Both the position numbers and the translations under genes were made by a program. Positions 1 to 9,512 of a DNA stretch of 64,000 nucleotides are shown one piece after another; positions within the stretch are counted from its first letter, which is position 1, and every line of letters starts with the position of its first letter. The notes under the pieces are model-generated. The model was not told where the DNA came from. It did no database searches and was given only the letters and a program-made list of their open reading frames with translations. This DNA is from an uncultured Bacilli bacterium (lineage in GTDB: Bacteria > Bacillota_I > Bacilli_A > RF39 > UBA660): NCBI GenBank assembly GCA_944329355.1, contig CALVID010000002.1, positions 2,928 to 66,927 on the forward strand, read 5' to 3'.

Positions 1-275
1 AAATATTTGGCATATTTATAAACCCAATTATCACTTTGACGATACAAATCCGAAATTACATTATAATCATTTTTATGATATATATGTAATGTTGTTCTTT
101 GCCCCCAACTTTTAATTAAATTGCTACTAGTAAAAATATTACATTTATACTTTGTTCTGTTATATATAGATATTAATGCATAAGTTTGATATTGGCATTG
201 TATTCCAATTAATGATTCAACACACATATCAGCACTTTCAAATTTATCTATTAATCCATTATTATATAACCTCAT
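1..275 (-). CDS. hypothetical protein (3' end lies beyond window start)
   Basis: Minus-strand frame is open from ATG 275-273 (MRLYNNGLIDKFESADMCVESLIG...) to base 1 with no stop. It follows the 301..996 gene on the same strand after a 25-nt gap. No motif recognised. Confidence 0.3.
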   Translation of the reverse strand, partial: MRLYNNGLIDKFESADMCVESLIGIQCQYQTYALISIYNRTKYKCNIFTSSNLIKSWGQRTTLHIYHKNDYNVISDLYRQSDNWVYKYAKY

Positions 276-300
276 TTTTAGTAAATCTAAATTCGTATAG

Positions 301-996
301 TTACTCATGTTTTATCGCATATATAAGTGCAGAATCATAATTTGGGTCGTTTACGATTGGAACTTTTTTCACATATAAGATTTTACAATTTTGTTTTTCA
401 CCAAAATCTCGCACTATTTTTTCTGATAAATAATTATTATTAAACCCCATCTTTTTACTATATGATGTGGAAAAGCACCAATTAGCGCCTAATAATATCC
501 CACCTTTTTTTAACAAATTATAAAGCTTTTCTAAATTACTTATATATTCCTTTTCACTTTTACATAATCCTAGTAATCCGAACTGTGATACATTGTTATA
601 TTTAATGGTACTATTAATAGATGAATATAGAACATCATAAATTAAATAGTTTACTTCAGTCTTAAGAACTTCATCAAATTCTTTATTATATTTTTTTAAT
701 GCATATTCACAACTTTTAGGATATAATTCTTTTTTTCTAATCTGTTCGTTAATGAAAAAAGCTTCTTTAGAAATATCTACACATAATACCTCTTCAATAT
801 GTCTGAATGCAATCAACCAAAAATATATATTACTACCACTACCAAAATCAATTAATGTTCCATTACATGCATACTTATTTATTAATTCTAAAATTGCTTC
901 TGTTCCTTGGCCTTCTCTAAATGACGCGCCATAATAGTCATTAAAATATTTTAATTGTTTATTATATTCTTCTTTGTCTATTTTATCCAACTCCAT
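301..996 (-). CDS. class I SAM-dependent methyltransferase-like protein (NNMT/PNMT/TEMT-like)
   Basis: 231-aa ORF. GTLIDFGSGSNIYFW resembles the glycine-rich SAM-binding motif I of NNMT/PNMT-type methyltransferases. Part of a tightly packed minus-strand operon. Confidence 0.5.
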   Translation of the reverse strand: MELDKIDKEEYNKQLKYFNDYYGASFREGQGTEAILELINKYACNGTLIDFGSGSNIYFWLIAFRHIEEVLCVDISKEAFFINEQIRKKELYPKSCEYALKKYNKEFDEVLKTEVNYLIYDVLYSSINSTIKYNNVSQFGLLGLCKSEKEYISNLEKLYNLLKKGGILLGANWCFSTSYSKKMGFNNNYLSEKIVRDFGEKQNCKILYVKKVPIVNDPNYDSALIYAIKHE

Positions 997-1015
997 AATC
1001 AGTCACATAATTAAT

Positions 1016-1777
1016 CTATTCCGATATTCTCCTTTCTTTTTTATCAATAATACGTTTTAAAACAATAATATATGTCCCATCTTTATATTCAATCTTTTCT
1101 TGTATTGAAAACTTCTTACTTCTTTCTATGATTTTTTTTACCCAATTATATTCATAATTGTATAATCTAAAATTTGTTTCGTAAAGCAAATGGTCTTTAT
1201 TAAAGTAACGATACCAAAGCATTATATGATTTCTATGATGTATATGTTTGTTATATCTTTGAACATCTAATTCTTTAAATGTAAACTTTTTAGAAAAATA
1301 GAATTTATTATCTTCAATTTCTGAATCATAATACGTTAATTTTTTACCTGAATTAAAATCGAATAAATCTAAAACAATATATTCTGATACTAAATAACTA
1401 TTATCTAAAAAAGTTTTAAATTCAGAATAATTTAAATATTGCATTCCTTGGTCTAAGACAAAAATACAGTCACACTTAATTTTTAATTTATTAATATCTT
1501 TCATATCACAAATATGTGTCTTTATATTTTTTACGTGCTTTGCTTTGTTTTGTTCATCAATAAAGTCTATCATATTTTTTTCAATATCTATAAAATATGA
1601 ATGTTTAAATAACTTTGAAAATTCTTCAAAATATAAACCACTAGCACAAGGGCAAAGAACTGCATAATTAATATTATACTTATTTTTGATTGTATTTAAT
1701 AATTTAATATTTTTCTGACTTTTCTTTACCTCTTGTGTATAAAACATAGCTCTTTCTTTATACGTTATTTGTTTCAT
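1016..1777 (-). CDS. putative class I methyltransferase-fold protein
   Basis: 253-aa ORF. VLCPCASG (motif I-like), YFIDIEKNM (acidic end of beta2), ICDMKDI and CDCIFVLDQGMQYL follow the order of Rossmann-fold MTase motifs I-IV. Its start overlaps the end of the upstream gene. Confidence 0.45.
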   Translation of the reverse strand: MKQITYKERAMFYTQEVKKSQKNIKLLNTIKNKYNINYAVLCPCASGLYFEEFSKLFKHSYFIDIEKNMIDFIDEQNKAKHVKNIKTHICDMKDINKLKIKCDCIFVLDQGMQYLNYSEFKTFLDNSYLVSEYIVLDLFDFNSGKKLTYYDSEIEDNKFYFSKKFTFKELDVQRYNKHIHHRNHIMLWYRYFNKDHLLYETNFRLYNYEYNWVKKIIERSKKFSIQEKIEYKDGTYIIVLKRIIDKKERRISE

Positions 1778-2861
1778 AATATTCCCAATGTTCTTTTATG
1801 ACTGGATGACTTATTTTCCCTTTATCAAATATTTTGCCCCTTTTAACCTCAGCACTTTCTTTACCTTGTAATTCGTTATCTAATATTCTTATTATCCATT
1901 CTTTTGCATTTGATGAGTATGCTTCTGTTGTTGATTTAGGATATGCCGATGGTAAATTATCAATTTTGCAGCATACTATTCCATTATCTGTTATATAAAC
2001 TGGATTATTTAACGTAGTATATTTATCTATACTTGGAATGTAACCACTACCGTATCCGCAAGTTACATCAATTACCACTGTACCAGACTTTAAAAAATTA
2101 AATATCTCTTTTGTTATAATTGGTTCAGTATCATATGTTGAGATAAGAATTGCTCCAATGATAGCATCCATTTCTGGCAAAGTTTTTTTCAAGTTTTCTT
2201 CGGTTGACTCTATACAGTGAATGCTTTCATCCATATAAACACTATTTTTCTTTAATTTATTAATATTACTTCCAAAAACATATACTTCATTGCCTAGCTT
2301 TGAAGCAAGCTTTATAGCTGCTCCACCGACATTTCCATAGCCAATTACTGCAATTTTTGATTTTGAAGAACCGCGAATCTGAAATAAGGCTTTACCAGCT
2401 CCACCATATTGCTTTTGTTGATAAAAATTAGCATACATTACAGCCATTTTTCCCGCGATTTCTCCGCCGGGATATGCCATTGGAAAATACCCATCATCTG
2501 TTTCTATAAATTCATATGTATATGCTGTTACTTTCTTTTTTTGTAATTCTTTTAATAGTTCATAATCTCCTTCAGCATGAAATATTGCAGCCATTTTGGT
2601 ATTTTCATTCAAATATTTATACTCGTCTTTCGTTGGCCCTTTATATTTTAAAATAAAATCACTGTTATTCCAACAATATTCTTTGTCCTTAATTATTGCC
2701 CCGTGCTTTTTGTAATCACCATCTGAGAATCCTAGTGCTTGGCCTGCCCCAGTTTCTACATATACTTCATATTTCTTTGTTAATTCATCAATATCATTCG
2801 GTAATAGAATAACTCTATTTTCTCCATTAATTGTTTCTTTTAATATTGCTACTTTTTTCAT
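1758..2861 (-). CDS. alanine dehydrogenase/PNT-family NAD(P)-dependent dehydrogenase (AlaDH / carboxyethyl-ornithine synthase-like)
   Basis: N-terminus KVAILKETINGENRVILLP...VYVETGAGQALGFSDGDY is typical of the AlaDH/PNT family. Dinucleotide fold IAVIGYGNVGGAAIKLA is present. Start chosen at ATG 2861 (RBS AGGAGAG; ATGA overlap with the upstream stop) rather than 2882. Confidence 0.7.
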   Translation of the reverse strand: MKKVAILKETINGENRVILLPNDIDELTKKYEVYVETGAGQALGFSDGDYKKHGAIIKDKEYCWNNSDFILKYKGPTKDEYKYLNENTKMAAIFHAEGDYELLKELQKKKVTAYTYEFIETDDGYFPMAYPGGEIAGKMAVMYANFYQQKQYGGAGKALFQIRGSSKSKIAVIGYGNVGGAAIKLASKLGNEVYVFGSNINKLKKNSVYMDESIHCIESTEENLKKTLPEMDAIIGAILISTYDTEPIITKEIFNFLKSGTVVIDVTCGYGSGYIPSIDKYTTLNNPVYITDNGIVCCKIDNLPSAYPKSTTEAYSSNAKEWIIRILDNELQGKESAEVKRGKIFDKGKISHPVIKEHWEYYETNNV

Positions 2862-3664
2862 ACTTTCTCTCCTACTATACAAATATATTTCCCCCGATTA
2901 TACAGTCTTTTATCTCGTATATATTGCATTTCTATATTAAATATATAATCATAATTGTCCGTTAGAATTTTACTTATTGTATTTTTGTCTGATGTTAGTG
3001 CTTCTTCTACACCAATTAATGAAACAACAGGATATCCACATTTAAAAATTGGTATAATGTCATATTTCTTATGAATTTTTACTAACTCAATCATTTTATT
3101 GAAATTTAACTTAGGAACATATTGCGATAGTGATCCAACTTTCTTCTCTATAACATTTTTCACATCGTTAATATTTCCTTTTAATATATTGAGAGCTAAG
3201 CCATTATAGAAGTTTTCACCTACAGAAATTGATATACCACCACTTTTCAAATGTGAAGAGACAATTTCAATTAACTTATCAGTATTCTTAAAAAATGGTA
3301 ATACATATATATTTAAAACAATATCAAATTGTTCTGTTAATTTTAAGTCATTGATATCTGAATTAATAATTTTAACACGATTTTTAAATTCTTTAAGTTT
3401 TTCTTTTGCTTGATTTAACATATTATTGGAAAAATCGACTAATACACAATTTATATTATTAAATTCTTTTAAAATTTTGCATGCCCATTCTCCTGTACCA
3501 GCACCTAATTCTAATAATGTAACCTGTCTATCTTTAGGAATATATTTTTTTATAATTGTCCACAATAAATCATCGGCTAATTTCCAATATAATTTTTTGT
3601 TATTCTCATCATATGTTGTTGATATACTATCAAAATGTTCTAATACTATATCTTTTTCTCGCAT
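2858..3664 (-). CDS. class I SAM-dependent methyltransferase
   Basis: 268-aa ORF with a clear motif I, LLELGAGTGEWA, followed by VLVDFSNNML and FDIVLNIYVL (motifs II/IV). Confidence 0.8.
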   Translation of the reverse strand: MREKDIVLEHFDSISTTYDENNKKLYWKLADDLLWTIIKKYIPKDRQVTLLELGAGTGEWACKILKEFNNINCVLVDFSNNMLNQAKEKLKEFKNRVKIINSDINDLKLTEQFDIVLNIYVLPFFKNTDKLIEIVSSHLKSGGISISVGENFYNGLALNILKGNINDVKNVIEKKVGSLSQYVPKLNFNKMIELVKIHKKYDIIPIFKCGYPVVSLIGVEEALTSDKNTISKILTDNYDYIFNIEMQYIRDKRLYNRGKYICIVGEKV

Positions 3665-4119
3665 GATTTAATTCTTTCTTTTGATTTTAAAAACGATAAT
3701 AGTTCAGGTTTTTTATCTAAGATATAATAAGACTGTGGAACCACAAAATTTGGAAAATTATGCTTTAATTCACTTAGCGGTACTTCCTCTATTGGAGTTA
3801 TTTCCTCTATTGGAATTGCATACCCAATATTATTATATAAATAATCCATCATCCCATTATAACTTCCTGGTTCTTCTTGCTCAGATATTGTGGCTATTGT
3901 TTGCGCATCACCAATTATAGGCTCACCGAATTTAATTTTAGCTACTATACTTTTTTTAGTTTTTGAAATGTAAATGTATGCATTACTTGCTTCTTTTAAA
4001 TACCTTGTTCTATATTCATAATGTTTTCTACCATCTAGCATAGCATTATAGTATTCTTCTCTTAAGCTCATTAAAACATATTTTGGTTCCTCTTCAATAA
4101 ATGATAATTGTCCTTTCAT
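3646..4119 (-). CDS. ASCH/PUA-like domain protein (tentative)
   Basis: 157-aa ORF. LDGRKHYEYRTRY resembles the G-x-K-x2-E-x-R signature of ASCH domains. Assignment rests on this motif only. Confidence 0.3.
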   Translation of the reverse strand: MKGQLSFIEEEPKYVLMSLREEYYNAMLDGRKHYEYRTRYLKEASNAYIYISKTKKSIVAKIKFGEPIIGDAQTIATISEQEEPGSYNGMMDYLYNNIGYAIPIEEITPIEEVPLSELKHNFPNFVVPQSYYILDKKPELLSFLKSKERIKSCEKKI

Positions 4120-4123
4120 TTTC

Positions 4124-4726
4124 TTACTTCCTTTCTTTCACTAGTTTTTTAGAGTTCATTAATTCTATATTTTGCATTACAATGTCAGCTTCTTTTTCTG
4201 GAGACAAATATTCTGTATCAATTACTATATAATTAAAATCAAAACTTTGTAAAAATTTCTCCATCTTATCATAACCATCATCATACATTGCACAATTAGC
4301 TAAATCTTTATCTTGATGATTACGAGTATAAATTCTATTCATTCTTGTAGATACACTTGCTTTTAGTAAAACAGTCAAGTCTGGTTTGCCACATAATCTT
4401 ATTAATTCTTTGTGCAGTGGCGTTGTCTCTTCATCTCCGTGCCAATAATAATTTGACACAAAATGTCTATCATAAATAATATCTTGTTCAGAATTACACC
4501 TTGTTCCATACAATAATCCCAAACCATAAAACAATGTCAAAAGTGCCTCGTCTTCAGTTTCATAAAGTTTCCATTCTAAGGCCTTCAACTGTGACTCATT
4601 GATATTTAGCTTTTCAAACAAAAACTTAAATGGCTTATCAACATATTGATAACCTAACCTTTCAACCAAAATTTTTGAAACGGTTGTTTTTCCACATCCG
4701 TCCATTCCTTCAATTGCTATTCTCAT
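4124..4726 (-). CDS. thymidylate kinase / deoxynucleoside kinase-like P-loop kinase
   Basis: N-terminus MRIAIEGMDGCGKTT matches the IxxEGxDGxGKTT P-loop of the dTMP kinase family. 200 aa. Confidence 0.55.
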   Translation of the reverse strand: MRIAIEGMDGCGKTTVSKILVERLGYQYVDKPFKFLFEKLNINESQLKALEWKLYETEDEALLTLFYGLGLLYGTRCNSEQDIIYDRHFVSNYYWHGDEETTPLHKELIRLCGKPDLTVLLKASVSTRMNRIYTRNHQDKDLANCAMYDDGYDKMEKFLQSFDFNYIVIDTEYLSPEKEADIVMQNIELMNSKKLVKERK

Positions 4727-4746
4727 AAACTCCCCCTAGTCTATTT

Positions 4747-5214
4747 TCAATATAATTTTAAATCCCATCTTAATTTTTCATCTTTATTCTTGTTATCTTC
4801 ATATACCATTTCGTTAATTTTTTCGTTTTCAAAAACTTCTAACAATCTGTCAAAATCATCAGCTAGTTTTGTTTTTTTCAACTCTGTCTCTGCCATCCAG
4901 TATACTTTTCCTTCTGAAGTTTCTGGAATAATATCACCACTATAGTCATCTGAGGTAAACAAAATTATTAATTGTCTTTCTTTCTCTTTTCTGTCATACC
5001 AATCTTTTACTCCACATATTTTAACAGAATTTAACTTTAAACCTGTTTCTTCATATACTTCTCTTTTGACTGAAGGAACAATGCTTTCACCTATCTCGAT
5101 TTTTCCTCCTGGAAAAGCTATTCCTTGCCAACTTTTCACTCTTTCTTGTACCAATACTTTTTTTGTATTAGGGTCGACTATTCTGCACATGTTCATTAAT
5201 TTTACATTTTCCAT
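4747..5214 (-). CDS. NUDIX hydrolase
   Basis: Nudix box GGKIEIGESIVPSVKREVYEETGL (GX5EX7REUXEEXGU). Strong RBS AGAGGAGGAG upstream. First gene of the operon. Confidence 0.85.
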   Translation of the reverse strand: MENVKLMNMCRIVDPNTKKVLVQERVKSWQGIAFPGGKIEIGESIVPSVKREVYEETGLKLNSVKICGVKDWYDRKEKERQLIILFTSDDYSGDIIPETSEGKVYWMAETELKKTKLADDFDRLLEVFENEKINEMVYEDNKNKDEKLRWDLKLY

Positions 5215-5242
5215 ATTTTCACTCCTCCTCTATTTTAATATC

Positions 5243-5271
5243 AAAAAAGGAGGCCTTAAAAACGGGCCTCC
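5243..5271 (-). terminator. intrinsic terminator-like hairpin in the leader of the NUDIX operon
   Basis: Minus-sense GGAGGCC-cgtttttaa-GGCCTCC followed by TTTTTT. It ends about 28 nt upstream of the NUDIX start codon. Confidence 0.6.
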
Positions 5272-5318
5272 TCCTCCACAATTAAAATAAAATTACATAA
5301 TATAATAAATTGTGCTTT

Positions 5319-5347
5319 ATTTTAGCATTCTTAATTAATAATGTCAA
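5319..5347 (-). promoter_or_regulatory. candidate sigma-A promoter for the NUDIX/methyltransferase operon
   Basis: Minus-sense TTGACA (5347-5342), 17-bp spacer, TAAAAT (5324-5319). Chance matches are possible in DNA this AT-rich. Confidence 0.3.
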
Positions 5348-5475
5348 CATTATTAATTATATTTATTATACCATATAAATCACGGTATTTAACTTATTCT
5401 ACTTATATTTAATTATTTTAATAAATCTACTTCTTGAATATTTCGTTACTTTGCGAGTATGCAATTATAGTAAAT

Positions 5476-5506
5476 AAAAAGCTAGCAAATGAATGCTAAC
5501 TTTTTT
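5476..5506 (-). terminator. bidirectional intrinsic terminator downstream of secA
   Basis: Stem GCTAGCA/TGCTAAC (one wobble) with a 6-nt loop, flanked by an A-run and a T-run. Confidence 0.55.
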
Positions 5507-5657
5507 GTTTTCGAAATTGTTTCCAAATTATTTTCTCTTATTTTATAAGGTTTTCCAGAGGTTTTGGTAACATCTTTTTAAATTTTGGAAACAAAATGGA
5601 AACAAATCGACTATTTTTGTAATTTTTTAATTTTTGAAGCCCTTGCAAATCCTTATT

Positions 5658-8156
5658 TTACGCATTTTTTCCACAGCATTGTTTGTACTTCTTACCAGAA
5701 CCACATGGACATGGATCGTTTCTACCTATTTTTTTTACTCTTTTAGGACTTTGTTTTTTTACTTTGCTTTTATCTTCATTTGGTGTTCCTTTGATTACTT
5801 GCTCTCTTTCAGTGTTTTGTCTGATTTCAGCATTTAGTAAATATCTACTGATGTCCATGTCTATTGTTGCAAGTAAATTATCAAACATTTCATATCCTTC
5901 AGCTGTATATGCTTGCAATGGATTTTCTTGTGCATATTGTCTTAGATATATACCTTCTCTAAGTAAGCTCATTGCATTTATGTGATCCATCCAATGAGTA
6001 TCAATAACTCTTAAAGATATAGCTTTTTCAAATTCATTTTTTAATTCATCTGGAAAACCTTTTATTTTATTTTCATATTCTTCAACAATATGTTCATAAA
6101 TAGTTTCTATTAGACTATCAGGGTCTAACTCTGCTAATTCATCAACAGATAAATCATTTTTTAACAAATTTTCATTAACTGTTTCTAATATTTCGCTAAT
6201 ATCTAATCCAGTTAATTTATTACTGTCTATTAGATGGCTATTAACTATATTAGTAATGTGATTTTTAAAATGTTCTAGTGTAATACTGTGAATAGAATCA
6301 CTATCCAATATTTGATTTCTTCTACCATAAATAATCATACGTTGATTATTTATAACATCATCATATTCCAACAAATGTTTACGAGTATCAAAGTTATTGC
6401 CTTCAACTCTTTTTTGAGCAGATTCAATTGATCGTGATAAAGCTTTACTTCTAATTGAAAGTTCTCCATCAAAACCAACTTTTTGAAGTAAATTTTTAGC
6501 ACTATCAGTACCAAATCTAACCATTAAATCATCTTCAAACGATACACAGAATTGAGTCATTCCCGGATCTCCTTGTCTTCCTGAACGACCTCTTAATTGA
6601 TTATCAATACGTCTAGATTCATGTCTTTCAGTTCCTAAGACACATAATCCACCCAATTCTTTAACACCTTTACCTAATTTGATATCGGTTCCACGCCCTG
6701 CCATATTGGTGGCAATTGTTACTGCACCTTTTTCACCAGCTTTAGCAATAATCTCTGCTTCACGTGCATTGTTCTTAGCATTTAAAACCTCATGAGGGAT
6801 TTTTTCTTTTTGTAACATTTTACTTAATTTTTCACTGTTTTCAACAGCTACTGTACCAACTAAAACAGGTTGCCCTTTAGTATGTCTTTCTTTAATTTCT
6901 TTAACAATAGCGTTATATTTTCCTTCAGCTGTTGCAAAAATTAAGTCGCTATAATCTTTACGAATAATTGGTTTATTTGTTGGTATTTGAATAACATACA
7001 TGTTATAAATGTCTCTAAATTCTTCTTCCTCAGTTTTTGCGGTACCAGTCATACCAGCTATCTTTTTATACATTCTAAATAAGTTTTGGAATGTTATTGT
7101 AGCTAAAGTTTTTGTTTCTTCATTAATTTGAACTCCTTCTTTAGCTTCTATAGCTTGATGTAACCCTTCTGAGAATGCTCTACCTGGCATTAGACGACCT
7201 GTAAATTGGTCAACTATAACAATTTTGCCATCTTGAATAACATAGTCAAAGTCTTTTTTCATACTGTAATTAGCATGTAAAGCTTGGTTAATAAAATGAA
7301 CTAATGTGGCATGTTCAATATCATATAAATTTTTAACGTTAAAATATTTTTCGGCTTTTTTAATACCTTCTGTATCTAATGAAGTTGCTTTAGTTTTTTC
7401 ATCATATATATATCCGTTATCTTCTTTTAGTGTTTTAACAAATTTATCAGCTTGCATATATAAATTTGCAGATTGCATTTTACCACCAGAAATTATAAGT
7501 GGAGTTCTAGCTTCATCAATTAATACTGAATCCACTTCATCAATGATAACAAAGTTTAATGGTCTTTGTACTCTATCTTCGGCACGAACTACCATATTAT
7601 CTCTTAGATAGTCAAAACCTATTTCATTATTAGTAGAATACATGATATCGCAATTATATGCTTCTCTTTTTTGCTCTTGATTATATTCTCTGTAATTGAT
7701 ACCAACTGTTAAACCTAAAAATTCATAGATTTTCCCCATCCAAACAGCATCACGTCCAGCTAAATATTCATTAACTGTAATAATATGAACTCCATTGCCA
7801 GTTAAAGCATTCAAATATGCTGGTAAAATAGAAGTTAAGGTTTTTCCTTCTCCAGTTTTCATTTCTGCAATATTACCATAATGAATTGCCAAACCACCCA
7901 ATAATTGTACATAATATGGTTTTTCACCAATAACACGATAAGCGGCTTCCCTAGCTACTGCAAAAGCTTCTACTTTAATATCTTCTAAAGTTTCTCCGTT
8001 TTGTAATCTTTCTTTGAATTCTTTAGTTTTTGCTTTTAATTCTTTATCGGTCAATTTAGTCATTGATTCATCTAATGCATCAATTTCATCAGCTATTTTT
8101 TGAAATCTTTCTAGTTCTTTATATTCATGGTCAAATATTTTTTTAAAAAAATTCAT
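5658..8156 (-). CDS. secA: preprotein translocase ATPase SecA
   Basis: Full-length SecA-like sequence: MKTGEGKTL Walker A, DEVDSVLIDEARTPLIISG, and the C-terminal zinc motif CPCGSGKKYKQCCG. Start set at ATG 8156 (MNFFKKIF; RBS AAAGGA 8 nt upstream) rather than 8210. Confidence 0.97.
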   Translation of the reverse strand: MNFFKKIFDHEYKELERFQKIADEIDALDESMTKLTDKELKAKTKEFKERLQNGETLEDIKVEAFAVAREAAYRVIGEKPYYVQLLGGLAIHYGNIAEMKTGEGKTLTSILPAYLNALTGNGVHIITVNEYLAGRDAVWMGKIYEFLGLTVGINYREYNQEQKREAYNCDIMYSTNNEIGFDYLRDNMVVRAEDRVQRPLNFVIIDEVDSVLIDEARTPLIISGGKMQSANLYMQADKFVKTLKEDNGYIYDEKTKATSLDTEGIKKAEKYFNVKNLYDIEHATLVHFINQALHANYSMKKDFDYVIQDGKIVIVDQFTGRLMPGRAFSEGLHQAIEAKEGVQINEETKTLATITFQNLFRMYKKIAGMTGTAKTEEEEFRDIYNMYVIQIPTNKPIIRKDYSDLIFATAEGKYNAIVKEIKERHTKGQPVLVGTVAVENSEKLSKMLQKEKIPHEVLNAKNNAREAEIIAKAGEKGAVTIATNMAGRGTDIKLGKGVKELGGLCVLGTERHESRRIDNQLRGRSGRQGDPGMTQFCVSFEDDLMVRFGTDSAKNLLQKVGFDGELSIRSKALSRSIESAQKRVEGNNFDTRKHLLEYDDVINNQRMIIYGRRNQILDSDSIHSITLEHFKNHITNIVNSHLIDSNKLTGLDISEILETVNENLLKNDLSVDELAELDPDSLIETIYEHIVEEYENKIKGFPDELKNEFEKAISLRVIDTHWMDHINAMSLLREGIYLRQYAQENPLQAYTAEGYEMFDNLLATIDMDISRYLLNAEIRQNTEREQVIKGTPNEDKSKVKKQSPKRVKKIGRNDPCPCGSGKKYKQCCGKNA

Positions 8157-8303
8157 ATTGTTCATCCTTTCGTCTATATAGTATTTTACCAAAAAATAAG
8201 TATATTGCATAGAAAAACAAGGTAAAAAGTCAAAAAAGCTCTAAATTTACCCTGTTTTATTCTTTATTGATGATATTACATGAGAAAAATCGCTTTGTGG
8301 CGA

Positions 8304-8837
8304 TTATTTCTCTTTAATTAAGCCGTAGTTCCCATCTTCACGTTTATAAATCACTTCAATATCTCCGGTTTTTGAATTCCTAAAAATAAAGAATGTATGA
8401 TCAATCAAATTCATTTGTAAAATTGCTTCTTCTTCGCTCATTGGCTTAAGTTCAACGCTCTTTCTTTTAACAATTTTACTTTTATCATTCTCTGCTTTTT
8501 CTATTTTAAAGTCTGTAACAAAACCTGGAAATTTATCTTTAATAACTTTTTTACTCATTCTAGTTTTATTTTTTCTAATTTGTCTTTCTAATTTATCAAT
8601 GATCAAATCAATAGCAGCAAAAGGATCTTTATGTGTTTCTTCTGCACGTAAAATTACCTTTTTGACAGGAATGGTTACTTCAACTTTATAATTAGGCTCA
8701 ACTGTCCTAACTAATACAGTTGCGGTGAATTCATCACCCTCATTAAAGTACTTATCTAACTTTGAGAGTTTCTTTTCTGTATGCTCCTTCAAATCTGTTG
8801 TGATTTTAACTTTTTTACCACGAATTATATATTTCAT
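8304..8837 (-). CDS. hpf: ribosome hibernation promoting factor (long HPF)
   Basis: MKYIIRGKKVKITTDLKEHTEKKLSKLDKYF is a typical RaiA/HPF N-terminus, with the long-HPF C-terminal dimerisation domain (PMSEEEAILQMNLIDHTFFIFRN). Start at ATG 8837 with RBS GAAGGTG. Confidence 0.9.
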   Translation of the reverse strand: MKYIIRGKKVKITTDLKEHTEKKLSKLDKYFNEGDEFTATVLVRTVEPNYKVEVTIPVKKVILRAEETHKDPFAAIDLIIDKLERQIRKNKTRMSKKVIKDKFPGFVTDFKIEKAENDKSKIVKRKSVELKPMSEEEAILQMNLIDHTFFIFRNSKTGDIEVIYKREDGNYGLIKEK

Positions 8838-8937
8838 ATCATCACCTTCCAATTACATTATACCATAAATATCATATAAATTATATGATATTATAAGGAA
8901 ATTATGCTTTTTTGATACAAAAAACTACACCATGTTA

Positions 8938-9150
8938 TTAAACAAGTGTAGTTTTGATCTCGACAACGTTTTTTGCTTGCAAACCTTTATCAGTTCTGAC
9001 TAAATCGAATTCAACATACTGACCTTCAACTAGCGTTTTGTAGCCAGGTGTAAGAATAGCTGAATAGTGGACGAATATATCTTCTTTATCATTATACTCG
9101 ATAAAACCAAAACCTTTTTCGTTGTTGAACCACTTAACTTTGCCCTTCAT
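8938..9150 (-). CDS. cold-shock protein (CspA family)
   Basis: 70 aa. [18 protein letters not shown] contains the RNP1 motif KGFGFI, and DIFVHYS is RNP2-like. Confidence 0.95.
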   Translation of the reverse strand: MKGKVKWFNNEKGFGFIEYNDKEDIFVHYSAILTPGYKTLVEGQYVEFDLVRTDKGLQAKNVVEIKTTLV

Positions 9151-9407
9151 GTCTTACATCTCCCTTCTAATAATTAGCAATTATTTTACAATACTAGTAT
9201 AAATTAATAAGGCCTTTGCTTTCAATGAAAACTGTAATACTTATTCCGACAATATTTTCACCTACTATTTACTTCTACTTATAAAAAATTTTATGTGCAC
9301 AGGTACTGCATCGACATGATTGATTTTACACGTACTAGCGACATTATTACATTATTTTGATTGAATGTATGTTTATTTTGTCTGAATGCTAACTAGGTGT
9401 GCCGAGT

Positions 9408-9435
9408 AGTATACCACTTTCTATAATGATGTCAA
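9408..9435 (-). promoter_or_regulatory. candidate promoter of csp, implying a ~250-nt 5' UTR
   Basis: Minus-sense TTGACA (9435-9430), 16-bp spacer, extended -10 TGgTATACT (-10 hexamer 9413-9408). A long leader is typical of cold-shock genes. Confidence 0.45.
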
Positions 9436-9512
9436 TTTTTGATTATATTAAACTAATTATGTAATTTTTTTTGCTTTTTGGGTTAACATTGGTTAATGGA
9501 GAGAAGTTTTTT

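Noticed and set aside
5514-5607. An inverted repeat, TTGTTTCCAAA ... TTTGGAAACAA (with a tandem GGAAACAA copy), in the secA 3' region. It might be a small RNA or a protein-binding site.
   Set aside because: It is an 11-nt arm with a spacer of roughly 50 nt and no associated promoter or terminator beyond the secA terminator. The evidence is insufficient to call a feature.
8157-8210. An 18-codon N-terminal extension of SecA (MQYTYFLVKYYIDERMNN) implied by the longest ORF.
   Set aside because: The SecA-conserved sequence starts at MNFFKKIF. An AAAGGA RBS sits 8 nt before ATG 8156, and none precedes 8210.
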